A DNA stretch of 64,000 nt from Octopus sinensis (Eukaryota), in contig NC_043005.1 in the NCBI RefSeq assembly GCF_006345805.1, positions 9,610,001-9,674,000 on the forward strand. Direction: 5' to 3'. The position numbers were made by a program, and so were the translations under genes. Below are positions 1-12,507 of this stretch, in pieces. The notes below the pieces were generated by a model. It did no database searches and was not told the origin of the DNA. It saw only the letters and a list, made by a program, of their open reading frames with translations. How positions within the stretch are numbered: the stretch's first letter is position 1; each line of letters starts with the position of its first letter.

Positions 1-1100
1 GAGCCATTGATGTGAAAACCCGAAAAAAAGTAAAAAGCACATATAATTTCGCATAAACACAGACGCAGATCGCCCCTACCTAAATCGAAAACAAGGCGGC
101 AGAAGTTTAACATTGATTCAAAATGACTTTGATGTCGCATCATATCCTTGCGGCAACATCTTTTAACCACCAAGTGTCGAAAAGCATCCCTTGACCAAGT
201 TTGCAAAGAGGAGTCTGATAGTATCATAAGACTTAGAAGGCAGCTCTTTGAGCAACACCCTTTGTCTGATTACGTAGAATACAGGCCCAAAGAAGTCTCA
301 CGACTCTACTGCAACGTATCATCAGATGTAAGGATGAGCCTATATGAGCAGAAGACTACGCATGGGTATGTTAGTAACATCGATCATCAAACCAGTTTAT
401 CATGGACGAGTAGCCGGATTACTACCTCCTAATTTGAAGGGTATGCGTTTGCAATCCGGGAATAGGAAATATCAACCAAGTACCTGATGCGCAAAAGGGA
501 TAGAGATGTAGGTAAAGCCGTAAAAAGTAAAAACCGATGCAGACTTTGTGGAGTTCCCACTGAAGATATCACCCATATCATCAGCAGCTGTCCGAAAATA
601 TAATCACGGTATACCCGATGAGATTTGACGTTGTAGCTAGGACACTAATGAAATCCGTCGGAAGGATAATCCCGAGGACAAAGAAATAAAAACCCACAAT
701 ATGGTAGAAGCCATAGCCACCCATAATAAATAGGAATACTGGTGGATTGTACCAGTGAAGACTTCACTAAAATGAAAGCGCAACAGACCTGATATAATGA
801 GATAGAGAAGAGAAAGTGTGCACAGTAGTGGAAATTAGCTGCCCAGCGGATGTTAACATAAAGAGAACACCTATGCTGAACTATTGAGAAATCTGCAGTT
901 ATTCTATCCAGATTACAAGTTCAGATTTATACCTGTAATTATTGGAGCCCTGAGATACGTAATATACTGCCTAAATACTAATTTTGAGAAATTAGGTTTC
1001 TCAAAACCAGAAAGGAGAACGCTAATTCGAAGACTACAAATTTAATCCAGCACTGGAACTCTAAAAGTCTGTAAAATTTTCCAGAAGTTTATCATTTAGG
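1..1100 (+). pseudogene. 3' part of the ORF of a non-LTR retrotransposon with a restriction-like endonuclease (R4/Dong-like), disrupted
   Basis: Frame 1 continues past ORF 148-432 as FEGYAFAI..EISTKYL, then CRLCGVPTEDITHIISSC (CX2CX8HX4C knuckle, 538-591). RNRPDI (PD at 788-793), VVEISCP and IPVIIGAL follow. Stops and frameshifts throughout. Confidence 0.85.
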
Positions 1101-1396
1101 TACATATGAGCATGTCTAGATATGCAACTATATGCATGAGAATACATGCATACATACATACATACATACATACATACATACATACATACATACATACATA
1201 CATACATACATACATCATACGTACATACATACATACATACGTACATACATACGTACATACATACAAAAATATCCTGTTGTTGATGCTGAAATTCCAGCGA
1301 AGGAACTTAGGATCTAGGATTTTGGTGAGAAACTGCTTCTTTCTCTATTGGCAAGAAATCTTAAAGTATACTGACTAATGAAATACATACATACAT
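1101..1396 (+). mobile_element. 3' UTR of the same element, with an internal (TACA)n at ~1147-1264 and a terminal (TACA)n tail
   Basis: Directly follows the ORF end and ends in a short TACA tail at ~1383-1396. Confidence 0.55.
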
Positions 1397-1785
1397 GATT
1401 AGATGCACTCTTTGGGCTATAATCTCTGTATTCATGTTTCAGTTGATTTTGTTAATCACGTTAAAGTCCCACCTCTCTGTATTCACAAGGGGCTCTGCGC
1501 AGTCGCACGTGGGCTATACGGGAATATAGGATCACATCACTAATCAGAGGAGAAGGAACATCGGTTTGAATATGCTACTCCTTTATTTCATCTCATACCC
1601 ATGCTTCAGCATTCAGTAACACCTATTAATGGCAGTATGCATAAGCAAACATCCTCAGACAGAAAAGCTTCTCTCTGAGGACGTATTTGCTTCTGCACAC
1701 TACCCCTGCGAGGTACACCTACAGACTGCATCTATAGTGTAGCGTTATGTGTTACCGAATAATGAAGCATATATAAGTGATACAT

Positions 1786-2090
1786 GGAAGCGCAATGGCC
1801 TAGTGGTTAGGGCAGCGGACTCGCGGTCGTAGGATCGCGGTTTCGATTCCCAGACCGGGCGTTGTGTGTGTTTATTGAGCGAAAACACCTAAAAGCTCCA
1901 CGAGGCTCCGGCAGGGGGTGGTGATCCCTGCTGTACTCTTTCGCCACAACTTTCTCTCACTCTTTCTTCTGTTGGCCTGCACGCTTAGCCAGCGGGGTGG
2001 CGTCGTTCGAAGGCTAAAACAATGCGAAGCGCATTGTGACCAGCGATGTGTAGAAACATCTGATGGTCTGGTCGGTCACGTGATCACGTG
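1786..2090 (+). mobile_element. tRNA-derived SINE family A, tail type A1
   Basis: A box TGGCCTAGTGG, B box GGTTTCGATTCC, (CACGTGAT)n tail. 14-bp TSD ATATAAGTGATACA at 1771-1784 and 2091-2104. Confidence 0.9.
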
Positions 2091-2562
2091 ATATAAGTGA
2101 TACAAATAAAGAAGTACCAAGTTAAAGCCCAAAATCTTTTCTGTAGCTTATAAAACTCCCACACACACATACACACATCGAGCCACATCAACACGTATAC
2201 CCACACATACACACACGCGCACATACGCACACATGTACGCACAGATATATTTATATATATGTAAATATGTATGTGTATAAAATTTATAGTGTATATATAT
2301 ATACGTTGAACGGTAATAAATGCAATTGAATCTTCAGGGAAACTTCTTATAGAAACCAATAGATTAAACAAAGCCCATAAATCACTCAGAGTTTTTACGA
2401 AACTTCGTCTCACCTGATTTAGCCTATTCATATAAGAGACGTGTACCCCCGGATTTCTTTACCAACGGAAAATTCTTCTGCTGCCAATAAGTCTTTCTGG
2501 AAATTAACAGTTCACTATCAATATTACATACCTCAATATCTCTATCTAAAGCCATTTGAAAA

Positions 2563-2962
2563 TCTTTATATATAAAAGTGAGGTTGTGTGCTGTCTGTCT
2601 CCTACGATTTAGATTCCTAACTACTCCCACATTTTGCGGTGCAGTTTAACCAAAACCGGGTATCTTATAGTCGTGATTCATATCGAGCCCTTCTGGGTAT
2701 TAGCACGGGTCTACGATGAGTCTACGATTTTAAGAAAAATTTACCATCAATTTTTCACATTTTTTAATGCATTTTTGGCATATATAAGGGAAGTAACTCT
2801 CTAAAAATTCATTATTAAATCTCAGAACGTAAAAAGCTTCAGTAACACCCCCCACTCTTTGTGGTTAACCATATTGAGATGGCTATTATACTTTACATCT
2901 CTAAAAATGCTTATATAGTTATTTCCCTTACAAACCTGAGCAACGCCGGGCGATACAACTAG
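2563..2962 (+). mobile_element. Non-autonomous Helitron, copy 1
   Basis: 5' TC, 3' hairpin (CCTGAGCAACGCCGGG) plus CTAG, inserted between A and T with no TSD. Ends are shared with 10387-10714 and 45814-46326. Confidence 0.8.
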
Positions 2963-3314
2963 TGTATAATAATTTAGTTTTTGTCTGCTTGTCTTTCGCA
3001 TACATTAATGAATGCATGTTTGCCGATTTTTTTCGGCTTAGGTCAGTGCTATTAGTTACATACGAGATAAATTTTGTTCGAAAGTTTGTGCGGATCTGCT
3101 ACCATATCTTATGATCGAGTTACTGTGCGTTTTATTATTGAAGTGTTAGTGCCGTTCGAATTTTGTATATACATTATATTGTATACATAGTTGTTCCAAT
3201 CTAATGCAGTCAATGACCTCTATTAATGCAAACATACACACTACACACAAAGACACTCACACATGTATACATATATGTATACATATATGTTATCATATAT
3301 GTATACATATATGT

Positions 3315-3364
<50 letters not shown>

Positions 3365-3374
3365 TATATATATA

Positions 3375-3783
3375 AGGAGTGGCTGTGTGGTAAGTAGCTT
3401 GTTCACCAACCACATGGATCCGGGTTCAGTCCCCCTGCGTGGCACCTTGGGCAAGTCTTCTCTTCTACTATAGTCTCGGCCGACCAAAGCCTTGTGAGTG
3501 GATTTGGTAGACGGAAACTGAAAGAAGCCCGTCGTATATATGTATATATATATATGCGTGTGTGTGTTTGTGCGTCTGTGTTTGTCCCCCTAGCTTGCTT
3601 GACAACCGATACTGGTGTGTTTATGTCCCCGTTACTTAGCGGTTCGGCAAAAGAGACCGATAGAATAAGTACTGGGCTTGCAAAAGAATAAGTCCCTGGT
3701 CGAGTTGCTCGATTAAAGGCGGTGCTCCAGAATGGCTGCAGTCAAAAGACTGAAACAAGTAAAAGAGTAAAAAGAGTAAAAGA

Positions 3784-3785
<2 letters not shown>
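3375..3785 (+). mobile_element. SINE family B (tRNA-like head, CORE-like CCTTGGGCAAG, internal TA/TG microsatellite, (TAAAAGAG)n tail)
   Basis: Full-length match to the copies at 18346, 29150, 29724 and 35289. Confidence 0.9.
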
Positions 3786-3820
<35 letters not shown>

Positions 3821-3822
<2 letters not shown>

Positions 3823-5016
3823 AGGTGTCCCTAAATATTGTATGCACACTTTAATAGCTGATAATTCAAAAGATTTTTTTCTTCCAAGATGAAACCCATT
3901 GGAATTAATGATGGCAGTCAGACTAAGCTCTGAACAAAGGAAATTTATTCTAAAATGCTACTGGAAGTATGAAAACGGAGTTGAAGTGCAAAGACAGTGT
4001 AGGAGGGAGTTTCAAACAGATCCACCAACGTGACTTACCATCACTTGAATTAGAGATAAGCTTGAAGCCGATGGAGCTGTTCAGAATGACCGCGAGAAGC
4101 GTTCGGGAAGGCCACGAACATCGACAACCCCCACAAAGCAAGAAAAGCTGGAAACATATCACCAGATCTGTGCGACAAGCGAGTCGTGAGGAAGGTATTT
4201 CAAAATCGTTTGTCCAACGAATTTTGAAGCGTTGTAAATGGAAAAGTTACGTTCCAAGATTAGTCCATGCGATTATTATTGACGATAATCCAGACCGACG
4301 AGTACAGTACTTGGCACGATGTGTAGAAGATGCTCACTTTCCCACAAAGATTGTGTAGAATGATAAGGCCACATTCAAATTAAATGGTTGAATTAACCGT
4401 CACAATTACACCTACTGGGGACCTGAGAATTTACCAGGAGTTTCAATGTCGTGTGGTTTATTATCAAGAAGATTAATTGGACCATTCTTTTTTTACGCTA
4501 CTTTGACTGGTCCTGTTTACTTGAACTTGTTGCAACAGTCTGTCATGTCAAGCAATAGTGAAGATGAGGAGTTTTATTTTCAGCACCCCCACACTACCAT
4601 CGCGATGTTAGATCCTTTCTTGATGAGATCTTGTCAAAGAGGTGGATTTGGCGAAGAGGTTTTGTTGAATACCCTCCACTTTCACTAGACATCACACCAT
4701 TAGGCTTTTTTTATGGGGATACCTAAAAGACAAAGTCTACGCTAGAAAACTTTTGTAACATTCACTGATTTGAGAGCAGCTATTGAACGAGAATGCACAC
4801 AAATACCAAACGAATTCTTTCATGATGTTTGCGATTCCATTGCTTCCATTGTTAGCAGTGCCTGGACCAGAACAGACATCAGTTTGAAAACAGGCGTTGA
4901 CAAATCAATAAAATAATGTCTGTAGATTCTATTAAATTTTGAAAATGAAATGTATTTTAATAAACATCTACTTTACAATTATTTAAATTGAGCATACATT
5001 TTTGGAGGACACCCTG
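3821..5016 (+). mobile_element. Decayed Tc1/mariner DNA transposon, ~1.2 kb
   Basis: Imperfect 25-bp TIRs (CAAGGTGTCC.../...GGACACCCTG, 19/25 identical), flanked by TA on both sides, with a transposase relic inside. Confidence 0.88.
3908..4900 (+). pseudogene. Tc1/mariner transposase pseudogene
   Basis: Across frames it reads [19 protein letters not shown]...RSGRPR...[15 protein letters not shown]...INRHN..YW...LIGPFFF...PP.S.D.TPLGFFLWGYLKDKVY. Many stops and frameshifts. Confidence 0.85.
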
Positions 5017-7388
5017 TATATATAATTAAATGCGCAAAAGCACACATATTTTGATTTATTTCCATGCTTGCTTATGAGAATTCTGGTCGTCAAATTAGCG
5101 TTTGAATATTTTAAATTAGACTAAGATCGTTTAACCATTTCTTACTTGACTTCTCTCTAGTGTATGATACGAAAATTTTATTTAGTGTGAGAGGGGTCTT
5201 TATAGTCAATAATCTACAATTTACTTAGTTGGTTTAATTAATCTGGTACATACCAGAGAGACAGTACTGTCAGAAATTGTGTTTAGTGTTCTTCCCTTTA
5301 ACAGCGGTTCATTGTGTTCAATTACAATACGTATTACTGCAGACTATACAAAGGTAAAATTGGAGCAGTCTCTAGGAAGTTTCTGTACAGATTCTGTTAT
5401 GCCAAATTATGCATAAATATGTATACATACAAGATAACCCATAAGTAATAGTCATTAGGTATTTCTTTATTGTAGTAAATTTGGCATACAGCCGTTTCCA
5501 GTAGTCATTATAGGTTTCTTATTGATTTGGTTTACTTAATTGGCCTAATCCTCAGTTGAGAAAAATCGAACCCTCTTGCTATATATTGCTGCTTTCGTCA
5601 GACTTCTTTCTTGTCCTAAATTTTCAGTCGATCAATGGGTCGTTTGAGTAAACCAATCAATTACAAACCAAAAACGACTGCTCGAAACAGCTGTAAGACA
5701 AATTTACTACAATACAGAAATATGAAATGACGATTATTTATACCATGTCTCGTATATTACTCTGTGTATAAAAATATACTGTACAACAGGAACACAGCTG
5801 TGGATTTACAATTCAGAATGGCGATGAACTATAACCTCGGACACAGACACAAAAATACGTAGATTTTTTAAAGCAATCTAAACAACATTGTTAGCCTGAT
5901 GTTCTGACGTAGAGATTATAAAGTATTTTGCCTGAATTGATACAAACACACACACACACACACACATACATCATACATACACACACACACACATACACAC
6001 ATATGCATACATATACCTATATATCTATTTATGATACTTACATATCTATACACACGGACATGCACACGGGCACGCACACGGACACGCACGTACACGTACA
6101 CACATACAAACGCACATGTATATGCTTCTACGTATTTCCAAGCAGTGCTCTCTATTTGTCGTTTTGGATAGATGTAACTATTGAACCAAACTACTAGAAA
6201 TCTACAAACACATTCTATGATTATTCTTTAATCTATATGTATTCGATAAACTTTGGTAAGAAAATGGCGAATTTCTTTATTGCTAATTGTTCCTTAAAGT
6301 AAGTATTATGGGACCATAAATCGTTTGCTATCGCCGGACTACTAAAACACCATTGTAAGTTAAAGGAGAATTGACTTCTCTTTTTTTAATCTTGAGCGAC
6401 TACGTTGACAGATGCATGTTTGATTCGTTTGGCAAGAATTCCTAAAATCTACCTCTCAGATATAGGAGCTATCTTTATGTTCAAAAGATTCTAGACTTTG
6501 AACATCACATTATTTATCTGATCTAAGATCACATTGTGTTTGCGCTTTCTTTGAAACGATGATTGTGTGCAGTTTGATCCATATTCGTCTATTATTTCTG
6601 ATCCCTTGAAAAGTTGCTTAGACGCTCCTTTTTGTGGAGTTAAGTTCCATTTCCTTTAGTAACTTCAGCAATCATTTTGGGAGTTTAGCTTTTTGTTAAA
6701 TCTTACCACTCTAAATGTAATAGTGAATGTTTCGATTCCTTGAATATTAGATCAGACGGGTGCGAAATACTCAGGTTATATCGAAATATATGAATAGCAT
6801 TATTCCTTTTAAATTCATACATATTCAGTAGCTTGAAGACATGCAGATTCTATGTTGATTAGATTCATATTCTTTAGTCATTGTATAATATATCATAAAC
6901 GCTTGATACATGCATACGTATGTAAGTATGCATGTATCAGCTACATACATACATATGTTAGTGTTTGTATGAAATGTTTGAATCTATGTATGCCTGCATC
7001 TCCAAATGTATATGCAGACGTATTTTAGTTTATATATGCGCGTATTTGCACGCGTATTTGTAGAAGTAAATATGTCAAGCGAAGAGAATGCCATTTGTTA
7101 ACATATGTGCGTACATGTATGTGATACCAATAAATGAAATACCCGACTGACAATCGCTCGATCTTTCTGACAGTGAATGGCGTGTAAATGTAAATTGTGC
7201 TGGTATGAATCTAAGAATCTCTGCATGGAAGGAATATATTTACGTTCATATATAGATAGATAGATATCTGTGCGTATATAAATAACTATACACTAGGTTT
7301 TATATCGGTTACTCGTTTAACCCAAGGTATTCGCGTTAATATAAGCAGTAAGCATATTAAGTAAGCATATTAAGCATAAAAAGATATA

Positions 7389-7603
7389 CGAGTGATGCTG
7401 AAAAATTCCTGGAATGAGGGTGAAATGAAATACAGGGGGATCTGCTAAATATGATTTTATTCAACATATTCCCCTCTCAAATTGATACACTTATTGCAGC
7501 GGTCCTTCGCTCTTCTAAGCCTTGTAAAAGAACTCGAAATGTTGAGCCTCCAGTCAGGCGTTTTGTGACACCCTTAAAGCCAGGTTATTTTCAGACCCAC
7601 CTC
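7389..7603 (-). mobile_element. Mariner-derived MITE
   Basis: Imperfect TIRs (GCTGAAAAATTCCTGG / CCAGGTTATTTTCAG). The minus strand encodes a mariner C-terminus, DRCNKCINLRGEYVE*. Related copy at 39346-39490. Confidence 0.65.
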
Positions 7604-7632
7604 AAATGTATGTGTGTGTACACACACACACA

Positions 7633-8012
7633 TACTCTATCGGTCTCTTTGCCGCACCGCTAAGTTTCGGAGACATAAACACACTAACAGCGGTTGTCAA
7701 GAAGTAGTGTGGAGGAGACAAAACAGACACAAAGAGACACATAAATATATACACCTAAAATACGTGTATAAACACACCAGCATCGGTTGTCAAACGGTGT
7801 TAGGGAGACAAACACAGACACACAAGCACACACATATATATACATACATACGACGGGCTTCTTTCAGTTTCCGTCTGCCAAATCCACTCACAAGGCTTTG
7901 GTCGGCCCGAGGCTATAAGTAGAAGACACTTGCCCAAGGTGCCACGCAGTGGGACTGAATCCGGAGACGTGTGGTTGGTAAGCAACCTAATTACCACACT
8001 GCCACTCATACG

Positions 8013-8016
<4 letters not shown>
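7633..8016 (-). mobile_element. SINE family B, 3'-truncated, with an internal duplication
   Basis: Reverse-complement match to family B. The segment TAAACACAC..GGTTGTCAA occurs twice. Confidence 0.85.
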
Positions 8017-8045
<29 letters not shown>

Positions 8046-8050
<5 letters not shown>

Positions 8051-8350
8051 CGTGATCACCGTGACCGACCAGGCTATCAGATGTTGCTACACATCGCTGG
8101 TCACAATGCGCTTCGCATAGTTTTAGCCCTCAAATGACGCCACCTCGTTGGCTAAGCGAGCAGGCCAACAGAAGAAAGAGTGAGAGAAAGTTGTGGCGAA
8201 AGAGTACAACAGGGATCGCCACCATCTCCTGGCGGAGCCTCGTGGAGCTTTTTATTTGTTTTCGCTCAATTAACACTCAAAATACCCGGTCTGGGAATCG
8301 AAACCGTGATCCTGCGACCGCTAATCCGCTACCCTAACCATTGGGCCATT
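8046..8350 (-). mobile_element. SINE family A, tail type A1
   Basis: Reverse complement of 1786-2090 with a (CACGGTGAT)n tail. Confidence 0.88.
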
Positions 8351-8366
8351 ATTTGAGGGCTAAAAC

Positions 8367-8481
8367 AAGTGTCTTCTACTATAGCTTCCGGCCGACCAAA
8401 GCTTTGTGAGTGGATTTGGTAGACGGAAACTGAAAGAAGCCCGTCGAACATATGTATATATATATTTGTGTGTGTGTGTGT

Positions 8482-8527
<46 letters not shown>

Positions 8528-8572
8528 TGTGTCTGTATTTGTTCCCCCAACATCACTTGACAACCGATGCCG
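8367..8572 (+). mobile_element. SINE family B, central fragment
   Basis: AAGTGTCTTCTACTATAGC...GAAAGAAGCCCGTCG-(TG)n-TTGACAACCGATGC. Confidence 0.85.
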
Positions 8573-8595
8573 GTATACATATATATATATATAAC

Positions 8596-9240
8596 TTAGA
8601 AAGGTTTTGGCCAGTGTTGGCCCAGGCCATGTCTAACTTAATAGCACCACCTGGCGAAGTCTTTCAGTCAGGATTGGGCACCAAGGCCCATTCGAGCAGA
8701 GAGTTATTGTTTTGCGGGAGACATATCCGGGTGTGGGTGGTTTGTCCGGTACTGTTTGAAGGAATTTCTCCAAAGACTTCTTGAATTTTGTGTGGTCAGT
8801 TTCTTTTTTGACGTGTCCTGGTGTAATGTTGAAGAGAGCGAGTCCAATTGAGGTGAAATATTTGTGCCGTATTGTCGTTATGTGATGCGATTTAGATTTT
8901 TGTTGTGGGCGGATGGCACGTGGTCCAAGCCTTGGATGTATTTTGAAGGTGATGCCAACATCATTCGGACAGTGCTGATGGAATATTTTCCACATCATAC
9001 AGATAATGTAGCGTTCACGGCGTCATTGGAGTGAATACAATTTCAGCTTCTCTAGTCTACACCAGTAGTCAAGGTCTGACATGCCATCTATCTTTTTTGT
9101 GATTGACCTTTGGGGAGCTTCAATTTTCATAATATTTTGTTTTGTGTAGGGAGACCACAGTGGACAACAGTATTCAAAGTGGGGTCGGGCAAAAATGGAG
9201 AAGAGAAGGATAATAGCGTGGGAATCTCTCGACTAGAAGG
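8596..9240 (-). pseudogene. 5'-truncated CR1-clade LINE (region C-terminal to the RT)
   Basis: Minus strand reads RPHFEYCCPLWSPYTKQNIMKIEAPQRSITKKIDG..DYWCRLEKLKLYSLQ*RRERYIICMMWKI...FKKSLEKFLQTVPDKPPTPGY. It continues into ORF 8633-8998. Confidence 0.85.
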
Positions 9241-9325
9241 TTATATATATATATATATATTATATATATATATATATATACATGCATATATATACATACA
9301 TATATATATATATACATACATACAC

Positions 9326-9364
<39 letters not shown>

Positions 9365-9413
9365 ACACACACACACACACCACAACACACACACACACCA
9401 CACACACACACAC

Positions 9414-9450
<37 letters not shown>

Positions 9451-9689
9451 CTTATTAGGAACAGAAGCAACGTGCGTGCACGCAACACAAATACACACAT
9501 ATTTCACGGCCGTTATTCCATAGCTTCGCGTTATCAGTGTGTCTTGACGAGAACGCTAATCAGTTTTAGAAGCAGCGATCATTGAAATATAAAATTATAT
9601 TTGTAGATTGAAATCAATTTCGAACTGTATATGAAATCTAATAAACGCTGACTTTTAATATACTCTGACTGCAATGAGTGCATACTCAT

Positions 9690-9998
9690 TTTTGTGAAAC
9701 CCTATGTGTGTCTTTGTGTGTGTATGTGTGTGTATGCGTGTGCGTGCACGTGCGTATGTATGTATGCATGTATGTGTGTGTATGTATGTTTGCATGCATG
9801 TATGTATGTATGTATGTATGTGTGTGTGTATGTATGTATGTGTGTGTGTATGTATGTATGTATGTATGCATGCATGCATGTATGTATGTATGTGTGCATG
9901 TATGTATGTAGGCATGCATGCATGCATGTATGTATGTATGTATGTATGTATGTATGTATGTATGTATGTATGTATGTATGTATGTATCTATGTATGTA
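9690..9998. repeat. Compound (TATG)n/(CATG)/(TG)n microsatellite
   Basis: Seen directly; it explains ORFs 9655-10192. Confidence 0.95.
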
Positions 9999-10158
9999 TG
10001 TGCTCTCGTGTGTGTATGCGTCTGCAGGTGATTAGGCACAATTATATGCGTACATATAATCATAGGTAAAATTTCATTTGTACTTAAAATCATACGTTTG
10101 CTGGGTTTCAAAATCGCGTACATATATTTATAAATATATATATTTATAATATATGATA

Positions 10159-10334
10159 GATCGTTAGCCACTACACACATTTTTTCTCTCATGTTTTTTC
10201 TGTGTCCCTTTCTGGAGAGGAGCGTAAGCTCGAAACGTAAAAGACTTTTTCTATTCTGAGCGGTTAGACTAATTACATCTGTTTGTTTTGTACACTACCT
10301 GTCTTCGTCTTTTGTTTTTTTTTCAGTAAAGTCT

Positions 10335-10338
<4 letters not shown>
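10159..10338. mobile_element. Dispersed family C (Penelope-LTR-like, with a degenerate hammerhead-like core)
   Basis: Reverse-complement homolog of 13994-14190, 31214-31332 and 39096-39265; partial same-orientation copy at 37836-37946. Contains GAGC-GTAA-GCTC-GAAACGT. Confidence 0.7.
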
Positions 10339-10377
<39 letters not shown>

Positions 10378-10386
10378 ATATATATA

Positions 10387-10714
10387 TCTTTATATATAAA
10401 AGTGAAGTTGTGGGTCTGTCTCCTACGATTTAGATTCCTAACTACTCCCACATTTTGCTGTGCAGTATAACCAAAGCGGGGTACCTTATACTAGTGATTC
10501 ATATCGAGCCCTTCTGGGTATTAGCGGCGTCAACGATGAGTCTACGATTTTAAAATAATTTACCATCATTTTTTTCCATGTTAATGCATATTTTTTAAAT
10601 ATAGGGAAGTAAGTCAGTAAATTCTAAAATGTCTACTTTTGGCTATAACTCTCTAAAAAATGCTTTATAGTTATTTCCTTTTCAAACCCGACCAACGCTG
10701 GGCGATACTGCTAG
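10387..10714 (+). mobile_element. Non-autonomous Helitron, copy 2 (shortest)
   Basis: TC start, 3' CCCGACCAACGCTGGG plus CTAG, A|T target inside (TA)n. Confidence 0.8.
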
Positions 10715-10720
10715 TATATA

Positions 10721-10766
<46 letters not shown>

Positions 10767-11040
10767 TGAAATACTTACTTATACATGGGATGTATTGAAG
10801 CGCACACACAACACACTAAGCCGACATCCATAGCCACTGCGAGAGAGCAGACTTATGCCTACATTATGACTAATGCATAAACACGCAACAATTAATAGGT
10901 ACACAACTAATTCGGATGACAAAAGACTGTGTTGAGTTTAACAAAAGAACCTTGGCACTCACTTTGCAGTGAGACTGGCTTCGAATCTGAAAGTTAAATA
11001 ACTAATAAACACACACACGCGCGCATGGGTATATATGTTT

Positions 11041-11165
11041 TTACTCTTTTACTTATTTCAGTCATTTTATTGTGGCCGTGCTGGAGCACCACCTTCAGTC
11101 GAGCAAATCGACCCCAGGACTTATGCTTTGTAAGCTAATAGTTATTCTATCGGTTACATTGCCGG
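11041..11165 (-). mobile_element. SINE family B, 3' tail fragment
   Basis: TTACTCTTTTACTT..TTCAGTCATTT..GGCCGTGCTGGAGCACC. Confidence 0.8.
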
Positions 11166-11220
11166 CATATATACAGATATATATTATATATATATTATAT
11201 ATATATAATATATATAGATA

Positions 11221-11258
<38 letters not shown>

Positions 11259-11270
11259 ATTATATATATG

Positions 11271-11301
<31 letters not shown>

Positions 11302-11306
11302 TATAT

Positions 11307-11355
<49 letters not shown>

Positions 11356-11369
11356 ATATATATGTAATG

Positions 11370-11670
11370 GTAAAAACTCCCGTCGGTCATGAATGATCAT
11401 GGGAGTTCACGTGAAAGTCCCGTTCCGCGTCTCTGTATGTTTTTGAAAGACCGTCAGTCACCCATGCACATCAGCCTCCCCTCCCCACGCCAGCGATGCT
11501 ATCCAAGGGAAAGGCAAAGGACGATACAGCTTGCCACCAGTGACGTCATGAATCATTTGTACAAATGAGTGAACTGGACTCACCTGAAATGAAGTCTCTT
11601 GCGCAAGAACACAAGACACGGCCCGGTCCTAAAATCAAACTCACTAATTCCTCACTGGATCGTGTCACTT
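11370..11670 (-). mobile_element. Older CORE-type SINE (family F)
   Basis: Minus strand has a degenerate tRNA head, then CORE-like TTGTGTTCTTGCGCAAGAGACTTCATTTCA, ending GACCGACGGGAGT, similar to the A2 tail. Confidence 0.6.
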
Positions 11671-11684
11671 CACACACACACACG

Positions 11685-11726
<42 letters not shown>

Positions 11727-12378
11727 TACATACACTCATGTACACATACTTACATATATACGTGTGTATGTGTGTACATACATACACATACATACATATC
11801 TACGTATACACACACATACACACAGACACATATATGTATATGTATTTATTATTAATCTCACGGTGAGATTAAATAAGCAAGATATACTTCACCTTTCTCA
11901 TAAGTCGTTGCTGGTTAGATAAGGATTCTTGCTCTAAAGAATTCCTTCTCATTCCATCAGGTTCGTCACTTTTTTCTCCCATAATTGGCAGAGTGTAGCT
12001 TTTTCATTCTGTGTCTCTGTATGTCTTGGTTTTAATCGGTTGCTAATAAGAAACCTCCCATCAACACTTCTGTTTTTGTTGTTTTTTTTTGTTTTGTTTT
12101 TGTTTTTTGTTGTTGTTGTTTTTTTTTTGCCTTTTTTTTTCACCAGTGCTCCTAATGACGTTCTGCTAGGATCATTAAGGTCATCAAATTACATCTTTAT
12201 GCAGCACATCTGTTTCTGATTGGCAACTCGAGCAGGAGAACAGTGTAATGTTTTATGAGAAATCAGTAATCTCTATTCGCTAGACGCTGTTAAATTAACT
12301 TTTAATAGAGTTAGAATAGTTCCTACTGACATGTATAGATGCATCCGTACATAATATATACATGGACGTGTGTGTACC

Positions 12379-12421
<43 letters not shown>

Positions 12422-12507
12422 ATGTGTGTGTGTGTGTGTGTGCGTGTATATATAGACATGCGTATGCATAGGCATATATCTATATGCATAAATTACGTTC
12501 TTTTATT

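Noticed and set aside
1786-1860. tRNA-like sequences at the heads of SINE families A and E
   Set aside because: A and B boxes are present, but the cloverleaf is incomplete and each head continues into a SINE body with TSDs. They are not tRNA genes.
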